Notes: generated by a model from the letters alone, not told the origin. 64,000 nucleotides of DNA from Flavobacteriia bacterium (GCA_016183815.1 JACPDW010000001.1:28551-92550), one strand, 5' to 3'. Counted from the stretch's first letter, positions 16,766 through 26,431 are shown. Translations and numbers: made by a program.

Positions 16766-18352
16766 TTAAAAAGGTATATTGTCTTCTAAAGACCCATTTT
16801 GTTTTGCAAAATCTGTGCCATTTTCATCTTCTTTTTCGTTGATTTTACTTGAAAGAACTACCATTGGACTTTGATCAAAATCTTTATTAGCTTTTAACTG
16901 ATTGTCCGATTGAATAAATTCACTGTCGCTGAGATAATGTGAATCTAAGTTTTCAAATAATGCAAATTCACTAACAAATCTTAGTCGAACTGTGGCAAGA
17001 GAACCATTTCTATGTTTTGCAATAATAATTTCTCCAATATTGTGATTGTCTTCATTGTCACTTGATTTATGTAAACCATAATAATCAGGTCTATAAATAA
17101 ATGAGACGATATCTGCATCTTGTTCAATAGAACCTGATTCTCTCAAATCGGACAATAATGGTTTTTTGTCACCACCTCTCGTTTCTACAGAACGGCTTAA
17201 TTGCGATAATGCAATTATAGGAACATTCAATTCTTTTGCAACCTCTTTTATAGTTCTTGTGATAATTGAAATTTCTTGTACTCTATTTCCAGAATTTTGT
17301 TTGTCACCAGTTGACATTAATTGCAAATAATCGATGATAATTAACTCAACTCCATGTTTTGCTTTTAACTTTCTGGCTTTAGTGCGTAATTCAGAAACGC
17401 TTAAACCTGGAGTGTCGTCAATATAAATTGGAGCTGCACTTAATTTTTGTGCTTTAATTCTTAAAAATTCCATCTCACTTAAAGAGATATCACCTTTTCT
17501 TAATCTCTCTGAATCAATTCTTGTTTCACCAGAAATTAGACGTTTAACCAATTGAACAGAAGACATTTCTAAAGAAAAAATGGCTACTGGATAATTAAAA
17601 TCTACTGCTGAGTTTCTTGCCATTGAAAGAACGAAAGCTGTTTTTCCCATTCCAGGTCGGGCGGCTAAAACAATTAAATCAGATCTTTGCCATCCAGAGG
17701 TGATTTTATCTAGTTTTTCAAATCCAGTTGGAATTCCTGTATAATGATCAGTTGATTTAGAGGCAGTTTCGATTTCTTCAACAGCAATTTTTAAGAGGTC
17801 TTTCATGTTTTCAAACTTTTTCTTCATATTCATTTCTGACAATTGAAAAAGTTCTTTTTCAGCAGTATTCAATAATTCAAAAACATCGGTCGAATCATTA
17901 AATGCTTTTTCATTGATATTTGAGGAGATCTTAGCTAGTTCCCTCAACATATATTTTTCAACTAAAATTCTTACATAATATTCTAAATTTGAAGTGGAAG
18001 CAATTCGATGGGTAAGTTGTGATAGATATACCACTCCTCCTGCCAATTCAAGTTCTTTGTTTTCTTTTAATTTATTGACAATAGTAATTAAATCTACAGG
18101 TTGAGATTTTTTATATAAATCATTTGCAGCAGTATAAATTATCTGATGTTTTGGATCATAAAATACATCTGAAGCAGTAAGAGATAGAACTTCATTTACA
18201 CCACTAATAGCTTCTTTATCTAATAAAATTGCTCCTAAAACCGCCTGCTCAATATCTATTGCTTGAGGTGGAATTTTTCCATTCATTAATAGGTTTGATT
18301 GAGTAGTGTTTTTATTCGAAATTCTTGATTTTACTGATACTGCTTTTTCCAT
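16766..18352 (-). CDS. dnaB: Replicative DNA helicase DnaB
   Basis: 528 aa. N-terminal PPQAIDIEQAVLGAILL, Walker A ARPGMGKTAF, Walker B IIIDYLQLM, and SQLSRSVE and IAKHRNG blocks. It also has a roughly 60-aa C-terminal extension. Confidence 0.95.
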   Translation of the reverse strand: MEKAVSVKSRISNKNTTQSNLLMNGKIPPQAIDIEQAVLGAILLDKEAISGVNEVLSLTASDVFYDPKHQIIYTAANDLYKKSQPVDLITIVNKLKENKELELAGGVVYLSQLTHRIASTSNLEYYVRILVEKYMLRELAKISSNINEKAFNDSTDVFELLNTAEKELFQLSEMNMKKKFENMKDLLKIAVEEIETASKSTDHYTGIPTGFEKLDKITSGWQRSDLIVLAARPGMGKTAFVLSMARNSAVDFNYPVAIFSLEMSSVQLVKRLISGETRIDSERLRKGDISLSEMEFLRIKAQKLSAAPIYIDDTPGLSVSELRTKARKLKAKHGVELIIIDYLQLMSTGDKQNSGNRVQEISIITRTIKEVAKELNVPIIALSQLSRSVETRGGDKKPLLSDLRESGSIEQDADIVSFIYRPDYYGLHKSSDNEDNHNIGEIIIAKHRNGSLATVRLRFVSEFALFENLDSHYLSDSEFIQSDNQLKANKDFDQSPMVVLSSKINEKEDENGTDFAKQNGSLEDNIPF

Positions 18353-18485
18353 TGAGCAAAGTTAGAAAAGTTAAAAGGAGAATCAAAAAATAAATTGAAT
18401 TAATTATCAACAAAGCTAGATTATGTCTCTAATTAATTTTGAGTAAAAGATGATAATTTTTTAATGTTAGCTTAAAAAAAAGTAG

Positions 18486-18493
18486 TAAGTTTG
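18486..18493 (+). promoter_or_regulatory. Candidate -7 promoter box (TAAGTTTG) for the M16 peptidase-like gene
   Basis: Matches TAnnTTTG 11 nt upstream of ATG 18505. A second match, TAATTTTG, lies at 18434-18441. Motif match only. Confidence 0.3.
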
Positions 18494-18504
18494 AAAAAAA
18501 AAAG

Positions 18505-19767
18505 ATGTCCATCGATAGAAGTTCTGCTCCAATTCTTCACGATATTTCAAATATATCGTTTAAAAATCCTCAAATTACTTACATTTCTAAATTTTGTCCA
18601 TTTATATATTGGACTGATGTTAAAGATCAAAGTGTACGTTTGGAACTTCATTTTAATGCAGGAAAAAATGTAGGAAATAAAAATATTTCATTTTTTGTAA
18701 ATTCTTTACTTTTTACAGGCACAAACAAAAAATCAAGTTTTCAGATTCATGAAGAGTTAGATCAGTTGGGTTGTTATATTCAACAACAAGTTACTCTTGA
18801 AAGTGCTTATATTGGTATTTATTGTTTAAAAAACAATCTGAATGCTGTATTGGATATTGTTTTAGATTCATTACAAAACGCAATATTTTCAGAATCGGAA
18901 GTTCAGGATATGCTAATTCAAAAAAGACAAAGTTTGAAATTATCTCTTGAAAAAGTGAATTTTTTAGCATCAAAAAAGATAAATGAATTGTTTTATAATC
19001 AGCATGAAAACTATGCTCGTCAACTTGAACTAGAAGATTTAAATTCTCTCAATCAAGAAGATTTAATTGATTTTTATAAAGAATTTTATTTAAATGGACT
19101 GAAAAAAGTAGTTTTAGTCGCTGATTTGGAGGAAAGTAAAATTAAAGAAATCGAAAGAAATATTTTGAATTGGGTACAAAAAGAATCCATTACTTATTTA
19201 ACTTCCTTGTCGCCAGAAAAAGGTTTATTTCATGTCGAGAAAGAAAATGCACTTCAAACATCAATAAAATTAGTTCAACCGTTTCATACTAAAAAACATC
19301 CCGATTATTTTGAATTTTTATTTTTACAAACTGTTCTTGGAGATTATTTTGGTAGTAGGTTGATGTCTAATCTTAGGGAGGATAAAGGTTTCACATATGG
19401 AATTGGAAGTTATGTTGTGGAACAAAAAGGATTTTCAATTTTTGGGATTTCAACTGAAGTTAAAAAAGAAGTAGCAAATGAGGCCTTGGTAGAAATTAAA
19501 AAAGAATGTGAAAAACTGCAAATTGAATTGATTGGTTTAGATGAACTCAATACGGTAAAACAGTATAAACTTGGTCAATTATTACGTTCGACAGATGGAG
19601 TTAATAATCTAGTTGATTCTTTTTTAAGTGTGTTTCAACAAGATTTGACTCTTTCTTTTTATCAACAATATATTCAAGCAATTAAAGAAATGGACGCCAG
19701 TTGTTTACAAAATATGGCAAAAAAATATTTAAATTGGGAAGATTTTACTATTGTTACTGCTGGATAG
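18505..19767 (+). CDS. M16 (pitrilysin/insulinase) family protein, predicted non-catalytic
   Basis: 420 aa. M16 fold blocks are present (LFTGTNKKSSFQIHEELDQLG, REDKGFTYGIGS). The HxxEH zinc site position reads FFVNS, so it is probably an inactive subunit. Confidence 0.7.
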   Translation: MSIDRSSAPILHDISNISFKNPQITYISKFCPFIYWTDVKDQSVRLELHFNAGKNVGNKNISFFVNSLLFTGTNKKSSFQIHEELDQLGCYIQQQVTLESAYIGIYCLKNNLNAVLDIVLDSLQNAIFSESEVQDMLIQKRQSLKLSLEKVNFLASKKINELFYNQHENYARQLELEDLNSLNQEDLIDFYKEFYLNGLKKVVLVADLEESKIKEIERNILNWVQKESITYLTSLSPEKGLFHVEKENALQTSIKLVQPFHTKKHPDYFEFLFLQTVLGDYFGSRLMSNLREDKGFTYGIGSYVVEQKGFSIFGISTEVKKEVANEALVEIKKECEKLQIELIGLDELNTVKQYKLGQLLRSTDGVNNLVDSFLSVFQQDLTLSFYQQYIQAIKEMDASCLQNMAKKYLNWEDFTIVTAG

Positions 19768-19803
19768 AACAACTAAATTTGCATTTTTTCGTTTAATGTA
19801 TAA

Positions 19804-22800
19804 ATGAGATTCATAATTTTTTTTCTTTTGTTTCTGATATTTTCTGTCCAATCTTTTTCTATGGATATAGTTGGTGGTTTTATTTCTTGGAGAAACAATG
19901 GAACTGGTCGTTATATTTTCCGTTTAACGCTTTATAGGGATTGTAATGGTCCTGACATGGAGAATAACTCAGAAACACTAAAAATTTGGAATCATCCAGA
20001 ATTAACAGGTGTAACAGTGAATTTTCTGAGTAGAATAAGCGTAACCCCTACTTGTACACAAGTTATTGGTGCTCCAAATGCCCTTACATGTGGGACGGGG
20101 AGTGCAGGAGGAAATGCTGTTGGCACTATTGAACAAATTGTTTATGAAAGTTTGGCAACCGATTTAAATGGTAAACCACCTGTTGAAGGTTGGACTGTTA
20201 CTTTTGAAACATTAAACAGAAAATCAAGTATCAATAATTTAATTAATCCTTCAACTTACGGAATGACTTTAAGTGCTACGCTATACGAAAATTCTCCAAT
20301 ACAAACCAATTGTATGGATAATTCCCCAACTCTTGAAAATCCTTTCGAATTCATAGGTTGTCTTAACCAAATGTTTGAATTTATGCCTTATTATCAGGAT
20401 AAAGACATGGATTTTTTACATATTCGAACCGCTAACCCTCTTAAAAATATAAATAGTGGAGCGTTTGAAATGGGAGTTAATCCATTACCTGTTGATTTTG
20501 CAAGTGGATTCAGCTCTTCAATACCAATTCCAGGATCTGCGATAACTTTAGACAATTCTGATTTAACTTTAGACTCCAAATATGGTGATATTACTTTTAA
20601 AACTAATACCCAAGGAGAATATGTGGTGAAATTTGTAGTCGATTCTTACAGAAATGGTAAAAAAAATGCCAGTGTTGATTATGAGTTCACAATTTTTGTA
20701 ATTGATTGTAATAACAACGCAAATAATGCTCCAGTTGTAGATTTTCCTTTTGTAAATAGTTTTGAAACTGAGGTAACTGCAGGAAGTACTGTTTCTTTTA
20801 ATATTTCTGGGACAGATGTCGAGAATTTACAAGATGGTAGTCAGCAATTGATTGTCGCTGAGGTGTATAGTCCAATGTATGGAACAAATTATTCTAATTC
20901 AGCTTCTGGTTGTTTAATCGTACCTTGTGCTACGTTAAATACAGCCCCTTCAACTCCAATACAAGATACAAAAAGCATGAATTTTTCTTGGCAAACAAGT
21001 TGTAATCATTTAAGAACATTAACCGGAATTGAATACGATACAATGGAATATTCATTTTTATTTGTATTTGCTGATAACTATTGTTCAATACCAAAAAAAA
21101 CGTATAAAAGAGTGATAATTAATGTAAATACGTATGTCGAGCTCGAACCAGCGAAAATTGATTGCATTCAAACTTTAGTTACTGGAGAATTATTGATACA
21201 AAGAAGTGAACCCCCTAATCCTAACGGTATTCCTGTTTCTTATGAATTACATAGTATTCAAAATGGATTTATTGGATTAATGGGTAGTAGTTCAATAGTT
21301 ATTCCTTCGTCAGCAGCAATTGAAGATTATTATATCAAATCTATTTCAGGAAGTCCTTGTACAGTAGCTTTAGTTGGTGATACTGTTGAAAATATAATCA
21401 CTACAATCACAGCAAATCCAGATAATAGTGTTGCTATTTTAAACTGGAATAGCCCGTATCCTTATGGGAATGCTCCTGAAGGATATTATACTGTAATGCG
21501 TGAATTTCCAGCAGGTGTCTGGACTGAAATTGCTCAAGTTCCATTAGGATTGAATTTTTATTACGATACTGTAGATATTTGTAATGCCTTTATAAATTAT
21601 GCCATCTTTTTTAATAAAATAGGATGTTCTTTTAACTCTAATATTGTCGGTGAAAATCTTCAAGATGGACATATTCCTAATTTACCTAATATTTTGTCTG
21701 TTTCTATTAATCCTGTAACAGGTAATACAGAAATAATTTGGGATGTTAACGCAAAAATGGATACTTATGGCTACATAATTTATCAAAGAGATGAAGACAA
21801 TTTTTCAGTTGAAATTGATACTGTTTTCGGCAGAACCAATACAAATGAGGATTATGATTTAGAAACAAGTTTTGGCCCACTTACTTTTTCAGTTGCTGCA
21901 TTTGATTCCTGTCTAACTGATTTAGGGACTTTTTACTCTACAACTGGAAAATGTCCAGAACATACAACCATGTATTTAACCAATACTTATGATATATGTT
22001 CAAAATCAATTACTTTAAGATGGACTCCATACAAAGGTTGGGAAAGTGTTGCCGAATATAAGATTTTAGTACAAGAACAAAATGGTGATTTAACTTTAGT
22101 AGGTTCAACTTTAGATACTCTATTTGAAATTGAAGTTTCTGAAATGTTGACCTACAATTTTGTAATTTTAGCTATACACCCAAATCAAACTTTATCTTCG
22201 TATTCTAATAAAAGTAGTAGATATACGAGTGCACCAACAAAACCCGATTTTCATTATACCAAAAAAGTGAGTGTCGAAAATAACAAAAATGAGATAACAC
22301 ATTTTATCGAAAATTCTACAGGAGTAAAAGAAATACTAATTCAAAAAGAAACACAAGGTGCTGTTTTTGAGGAAATAAAACGTTTGCCTGCTGATTCAGA
22401 TAATATTGTTTATATTGATGACAGTTCTGAGCCAGATAAAAAAAATGACAGTTATAGAGTGATTTATATTGACAGTTGTGGAAATTTTTCTGACACCTCG
22501 AATGTTTCTACTAGCATTTTTTTATCAGTAAAAGAAAATACGATTGAAATGTATAATCAATTAAGTTGGACTCCATATATTGGTTTTGCAGGAGCAATAT
22601 TATACTACAATATTTATCGAGGAATTGATGAGGTATTTGACAGTGAGCCGTTAGCAAAAGTACCTACAAACCAGCAATTTTATTTTGATACTTTATCATC
22701 AAATATTAGCTTTAATGGAAATATTTGTTATTATGTTGAAGTTGTTGAAGCAATGAACCCATATATGTTTCAAGAGAAAGCTAAATCAAACGTGTATTGT

Positions 22801-23097
22801 ACAACTTTTCAGCCACTTGTATTTATTCCAAATAGTTTTTCTCCAAACAATGATGATTTGAATGAACTTTTTAAGGTCGAAGTGAATATCAATAAATTAG
22901 ATTTTTTTCAATTAACTATAATGAATAGGTGGGGAGAAGTGGTATTTCAAACTGAAGATCAAAATGAAGCTTGGAATGGAAATATAAAAAACTCAGCCGT
23001 AAGTTGTCCTCAAGGTTCCTATTTGTATCTTTTGAAAGTTAAAGATGGAAATAGCCAAGAAATAAGTAAAAGCGGATTTGTTAACTTACTACGATAA
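19804..23097 (+). CDS. Large secreted surface protein with FN3-like repeats and a type B T9SS C-terminal domain (gliding-motility-associated CTD)
   Basis: 1097 aa. Signal peptide MRFIIFFLLFLIFSVQSFS. Several W-containing FN3-like repeats (LNWNSPYP, IIWDVNAK, LRWTPYKGW, LSWTPYIGF). The C-terminus FIPNSFSPNNDDLNELFKV...WNG...YLYLLKV is the CHU_C/TIGR04131 type B sorting signature (about 22813-23094). Confidence 0.8.
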   Translation: MRFIIFFLLFLIFSVQSFSMDIVGGFISWRNNGTGRYIFRLTLYRDCNGPDMENNSETLKIWNHPELTGVTVNFLSRISVTPTCTQVIGAPNALTCGTGSAGGNAVGTIEQIVYESLATDLNGKPPVEGWTVTFETLNRKSSINNLINPSTYGMTLSATLYENSPIQTNCMDNSPTLENPFEFIGCLNQMFEFMPYYQDKDMDFLHIRTANPLKNINSGAFEMGVNPLPVDFASGFSSSIPIPGSAITLDNSDLTLDSKYGDITFKTNTQGEYVVKFVVDSYRNGKKNASVDYEFTIFVIDCNNNANNAPVVDFPFVNSFETEVTAGSTVSFNISGTDVENLQDGSQQLIVAEVYSPMYGTNYSNSASGCLIVPCATLNTAPSTPIQDTKSMNFSWQTSCNHLRTLTGIEYDTMEYSFLFVFADNYCSIPKKTYKRVIINVNTYVELEPAKIDCIQTLVTGELLIQRSEPPNPNGIPVSYELHSIQNGFIGLMGSSSIVIPSSAAIEDYYIKSISGSPCTVALVGDTVENIITTITANPDNSVAILNWNSPYPYGNAPEGYYTVMREFPAGVWTEIAQVPLGLNFYYDTVDICNAFINYAIFFNKIGCSFNSNIVGENLQDGHIPNLPNILSVSINPVTGNTEIIWDVNAKMDTYGYIIYQRDEDNFSVEIDTVFGRTNTNEDYDLETSFGPLTFSVAAFDSCLTDLGTFYSTTGKCPEHTTMYLTNTYDICSKSITLRWTPYKGWESVAEYKILVQEQNGDLTLVGSTLDTLFEIEVSEMLTYNFVILAIHPNQTLSSYSNKSSRYTSAPTKPDFHYTKKVSVENNKNEITHFIENSTGVKEILIQKETQGAVFEEIKRLPADSDNIVYIDDSSEPDKKNDSYRVIYIDSCGNFSDTSNVSTSIFLSVKENTIEMYNQLSWTPYIGFAGAILYYNIYRGIDEVFDSEPLAKVPTNQQFYFDTLSSNISFNGNICYYVEVVEAMNPYMFQEKAKSNVYCTTFQPLVFIPNSFSPNNDDLNELFKVEVNINKLDFFQLTIMNRWGEVVFQTEDQNEAWNGNIKNSAVSCPQGSYLYLLKVKDGNSQEISKSGFVNLLR

Positions 23098-23103
23098 AAT
23101 CCA

Positions 23104-24372
23104 ATGAAACTATTTTTTCTAGTCAATATAGTTCTATTTAATACATTAATATTTTCTCAGTCTGTTTTAAATTCTAGAAAAGAGTTTTACACTAATAAAA
23201 ATATTGTACAAAATGCTGAAATTTTAAGAGATTTTTATCTCGATGAAAGTCCAGATTCCATTTATTCCATTGGAAAAAGGTTATGTGATGAAGCTTGGCA
23301 GCGTGAAGATATAGAAATGCTCAATTATGGTAAAATTCTTATTGCCAGTCATTTTTCAAAAAAAGGTAAAATTGATGAAGCTAAAAATATTTTATTTCAC
23401 TGTGAAAATTATTTTAATCAAAAAAGGAATTTTTTACGATTAACCGACGTCTATAATCAAATTGGGCATTGTTTTTTTATTGAAAAGAACTTTATCAAAG
23501 CAAGTAAATATTATCAGATGTCTTTAGATTCCCAAAAGAATTTAGATTTAGCTGATGAAATGTTTATGGCTCATTTGGGTTTAAGTGAATGCTTTTTACA
23601 AATGAAACTTTTTGATAAAGCTGAAAATGAAATTCAAGTTTTTAATCAAAAAGTAAAAAAACTTCAACTTATAAAAGGACAAAGAAAAGCACAAATCATT
23701 ATGGGAAAAATAGATTTTCTTAAACAAAATTATTCAGATGCTTTTCAACATTATCAAAATGCGTTTGCTTTAGCATATAAAAGCGGTGACAAATTAAGTC
23801 TTTCAAATGTTCATAATGTCCTAGCAATTGCTCATTTTGAACAAAATAATATCGATAGTGCCTATTTACATTTTAATAAAGCACTGAAATATAGAATTGA
23901 AATGAATTACCCTATTCCATTAATTGAAAGTTATGAAAATATGGGGGAATATTTTGTGTTTATGAACAATATAAAAACAGCTGAAACTTTTTTCATGAAA
24001 GCCCTAAAAGTTGCTAAAAAACATCAATTTTATTTGTCTAAAATGGAAATTTACCAAAGACTTTTAGAGTTATCTAATCAGACAACTTTAGTCAATTTGT
24101 CAAAAAATGAAATTCAAGACAGTTTATTTTCTTTGTATCAATACAAATTACATCAAGAAAACAAAAAGGAAAGGGATTTAGATTCAATCCATAATTCGCT
24201 TAAAACAGAAGATTTAAAATTATTTTATCAAAAAAGGGAAAAAGAATTGAATGAAAGACTTACTAAATCTAAAGAGATGAATTTTATAACGCTTATAGTA
24301 TTTTCGTTGATGTTTGTTTTTTTATTAGGATTTTTGCTATACACAAAATACAATTTTAAGAGGCCAGATTAA
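23104..24372 (+). CDS. TPR-repeat protein with a C-terminal transmembrane anchor
   Basis: 422 aa. It has a signal peptide, multiple TPR-like A/Y/F repeats, a coiled-coil region (KKERDLDSIHNSLKTEDLKLFYQKREKELNERL), then TM LIVFSLMFVFLLGFLLYT, and ends 8 aa later. It starts 6 nt after the preceding stop. Confidence 0.65.
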   Translation: MKLFFLVNIVLFNTLIFSQSVLNSRKEFYTNKNIVQNAEILRDFYLDESPDSIYSIGKRLCDEAWQREDIEMLNYGKILIASHFSKKGKIDEAKNILFHCENYFNQKRNFLRLTDVYNQIGHCFFIEKNFIKASKYYQMSLDSQKNLDLADEMFMAHLGLSECFLQMKLFDKAENEIQVFNQKVKKLQLIKGQRKAQIIMGKIDFLKQNYSDAFQHYQNAFALAYKSGDKLSLSNVHNVLAIAHFEQNNIDSAYLHFNKALKYRIEMNYPIPLIESYENMGEYFVFMNNIKTAETFFMKALKVAKKHQFYLSKMEIYQRLLELSNQTTLVNLSKNEIQDSLFSLYQYKLHQENKKERDLDSIHNSLKTEDLKLFYQKREKELNERLTKSKEMNFITLIVFSLMFVFLLGFLLYTKYNFKRPD

Positions 24373-24412
24373 ATAAGATCTAAACAGAAATTCTATAAAA
24401 GATTTTTAAAAA

Positions 24413-25330
24413 TCAAATACTCTCCACATTTCTTTTTAAGCCTTTCCATTTACTTCTTTTTAGGGGTGAATTTTTAGCAAGAATTTTAAATTGTTCTTCA
24501 GAAAGTTCTTGCCATTGTTTTTTATTCATTTCAAGTAAATTAATTTTTGGTTCAAATTGAATTTCATTATGCACCAAAGAAAATTTATTCCAAGGGCAAA
24601 CTTCTTGACAAATATCACAGCCAAAAATCCAATTTTCCAATTTTTGATGAAATTCTATAGGTATCAGCTCGTCTTTAAGTTCAATGGTTAAGTAGGAGAT
24701 ACATTTTGAACCGTTGATAGAGTAGGGAGTAAGAGCGTTAGTTGGACAAGAATCAATACATTTAGTGCAGGTGCCACAATAATCTTTAATTGGAGTTGAA
24801 TAATCTAATTCTAAATCTAATATTATTTCAGATAAAAAGAAAAAAGATCCATTTTTTGGATGAATAACATTGGTGTTTTTACCTTGCCAAACTAAACCCG
24901 ATTTTTTCGCCCATGCTTTTTCCATAACTGGAGCTGAATCAACAAAATAACGCCCAGATACTTCACCAATCTTTTGATTAATAAGAATAAAAAACTGTTT
25001 TAATTTGTCTTTTATAACTTCGTGATAATCATTACCAAAAGCATAACGTGAAATTTTAGGATTTTCTGGATTTTGTTTATAATCTGAATAATAATTGCTC
25101 ATTAAGGTGATGACACTTTTAGAATCAGGCACCAAAAGAGTGGTATCTACTCTTTTATCGAAGTAGTTTTCCATATAGGTCATTTTACCGTTATTCCCCT
25201 TTTTTAACCAGGATTCAAAATCTTTGGCTTCTATTTCTAAAAAACCACTTTTTGAAATTCCACAAAAAGAAAATCCTAATTCTTGAGCAATTTGTTTAAC
25301 AATAAGAGTATGTTTGCTTTTTAATGACAT
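24413..25330 (-). CDS. queG: tRNA epoxyqueuosine(34) reductase QueG
   Basis: 305 aa. Two ferredoxin-type clusters (CGTCTKCIDSCP and CDICQEVCPWN) plus the QueG N-terminal block. Confidence 0.9.
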   Translation of the reverse strand: MSLKSKHTLIVKQIAQELGFSFCGISKSGFLEIEAKDFESWLKKGNNGKMTYMENYFDKRVDTTLLVPDSKSVITLMSNYYSDYKQNPENPKISRYAFGNDYHEVIKDKLKQFFILINQKIGEVSGRYFVDSAPVMEKAWAKKSGLVWQGKNTNVIHPKNGSFFFLSEIILDLELDYSTPIKDYCGTCTKCIDSCPTNALTPYSINGSKCISYLTIELKDELIPIEFHQKLENWIFGCDICQEVCPWNKFSLVHNEIQFEPKINLLEMNKKQWQELSEEQFKILAKNSPLKRSKWKGLKRNVESI

Positions 25331-26370
25331 TATTCAAATAATGTTCCAGGCGGAAAACCCATATTTTTCCCTAAATGTTTATAAGCTTTATCTGTTGCTT
25401 TTCTTCCCCTTGGAGTCCTCATTAAAAATCCTTCTTGAATTAAAAAAGGTTCATACACTTCTTCAATTGTACCTGCATTTTCTCCAATAGCTGTTGCAAT
25501 AGTTGTTAATCCAACTGGTCCACCATAAAATTTATCGATGATTGCTGATAAAATCCTATTGTCCATTTCGTCTAAGCCATAAGTGTCAACATGTAAAGCA
25601 TTTAAAGCAAACAAAGTAATCTCGGAATCGATTTTACCATCACCTTTTATTTGTGCAAAATCCCTTATTCTTCTTAATAAAGCGTTGGCAATTCTAGGGG
25701 TTCCTCTGCTTCTTCCAGCTATTTGAATTGCAGCATTAATTTCAATAGGAATGGATAATAATTGGGCTGAACGCTCAACAATATGTGACAATGTTTCAAC
25801 TTGATAATATTCTAAACGAGAATTGATGCCAAATCTTGCCCTAAGTGGTGAAGTAAGTAAACCTGAACGTGTAGTAGCACCAATTAAAGTGAATGGATTT
25901 AACCCAATTTGAATGGTACGGGCATTTGGTCCTGTGTCTAATAATATATCGATAGAATAATCTTCCATAGCAGAATATAAATATTCTTCGACTACTGGAC
26001 TTAAACGATGTATTTCATCAATAAAAAGGACATCACCTTTTTCTAAATTTGTTAAAAGTCCAGCTAAATCACCAGGTTTATCTAGCACTGGTCCACTTGT
26101 AACTTTAAACCCTACTCCCAATTCATTAGCTAAGATATTGGCTAAAGTTGTTTTTCCTAAACCAGGAGGTCCATGTAATAAAACATGATCTAAAGGTTCG
26201 TTTCTTAATTTAGCTGCTTTTACAAAAATAGATAGGTTTTCAACGATTTGTTCTTGACCAGCAAAATCAGATAAATATTTAGGACGAAGTACTTTATCTA
26301 CTTCTTTATCCTGATTTTCAGCTGCTTCTTTTTGATAATCGAACGATTCTTCCACAAATATTTTTACCAA
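25330..26370 (-). CDS. ruvB: Holliday junction branch-migration helicase RuvB
   Basis: 346 aa. [14 protein letters not shown], Walker [18 protein letters not shown] and RTPRGR blocks. The start at 26370 is a TTG, and an in-frame GTG at 26355 is an alternative. A TAATG stop/start overlap links it to queG. Confidence 0.95.
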   Translation of the reverse strand: MVKIFVEESFDYQKEAAENQDKEVDKVLRPKYLSDFAGQEQIVENLSIFVKAAKLRNEPLDHVLLHGPPGLGKTTLANILANELGVGFKVTSGPVLDKPGDLAGLLTNLEKGDVLFIDEIHRLSPVVEEYLYSAMEDYSIDILLDTGPNARTIQIGLNPFTLIGATTRSGLLTSPLRARFGINSRLEYYQVETLSHIVERSAQLLSIPIEINAAIQIAGRSRGTPRIANALLRRIRDFAQIKGDGKIDSEITLFALNALHVDTYGLDEMDNRILSAIIDKFYGGPVGLTTIATAIGENAGTIEEVYEPFLIQEGFLMRTPRGRKATDKAYKHLGKNMGFPPGTLFE

Positions 26371-26377
26371 AAATACA

Positions 26378-26409
26378 AAAAGTCTTTTGTAAAACTACAA
26401 AAGACTTTT
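26378..26409 (-). terminator. Rho-independent terminator after cytochrome oxidase subunit I
   Basis: A perfect 13-bp stem pairs AAAAGTCTTTTGT (26378-26390) with ACAAAAGACTTTT (26397-26409) around a 6-nt loop. On the minus strand it is followed by TGTATTTTTGG. Confidence 0.75.
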
Positions 26410-26431
26410 AAAAATTAAATTTAATTATGAA

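Noticed and set aside
18491-18673. A 60-aa ORF overlapping the start of the M16-like gene in another frame. Small ORFs at 1035-1232, 2155-2454, 3949-4140, 4680-4916, 6731-6925, 7483-7728, 8038-8256, 10931-11134, 11272-11513, 14846-15070 and 15261-15449 belong to the same class.
   Set aside because: Each sits inside, or antisense to, a longer ORF with clear family signatures, and none has independent support.
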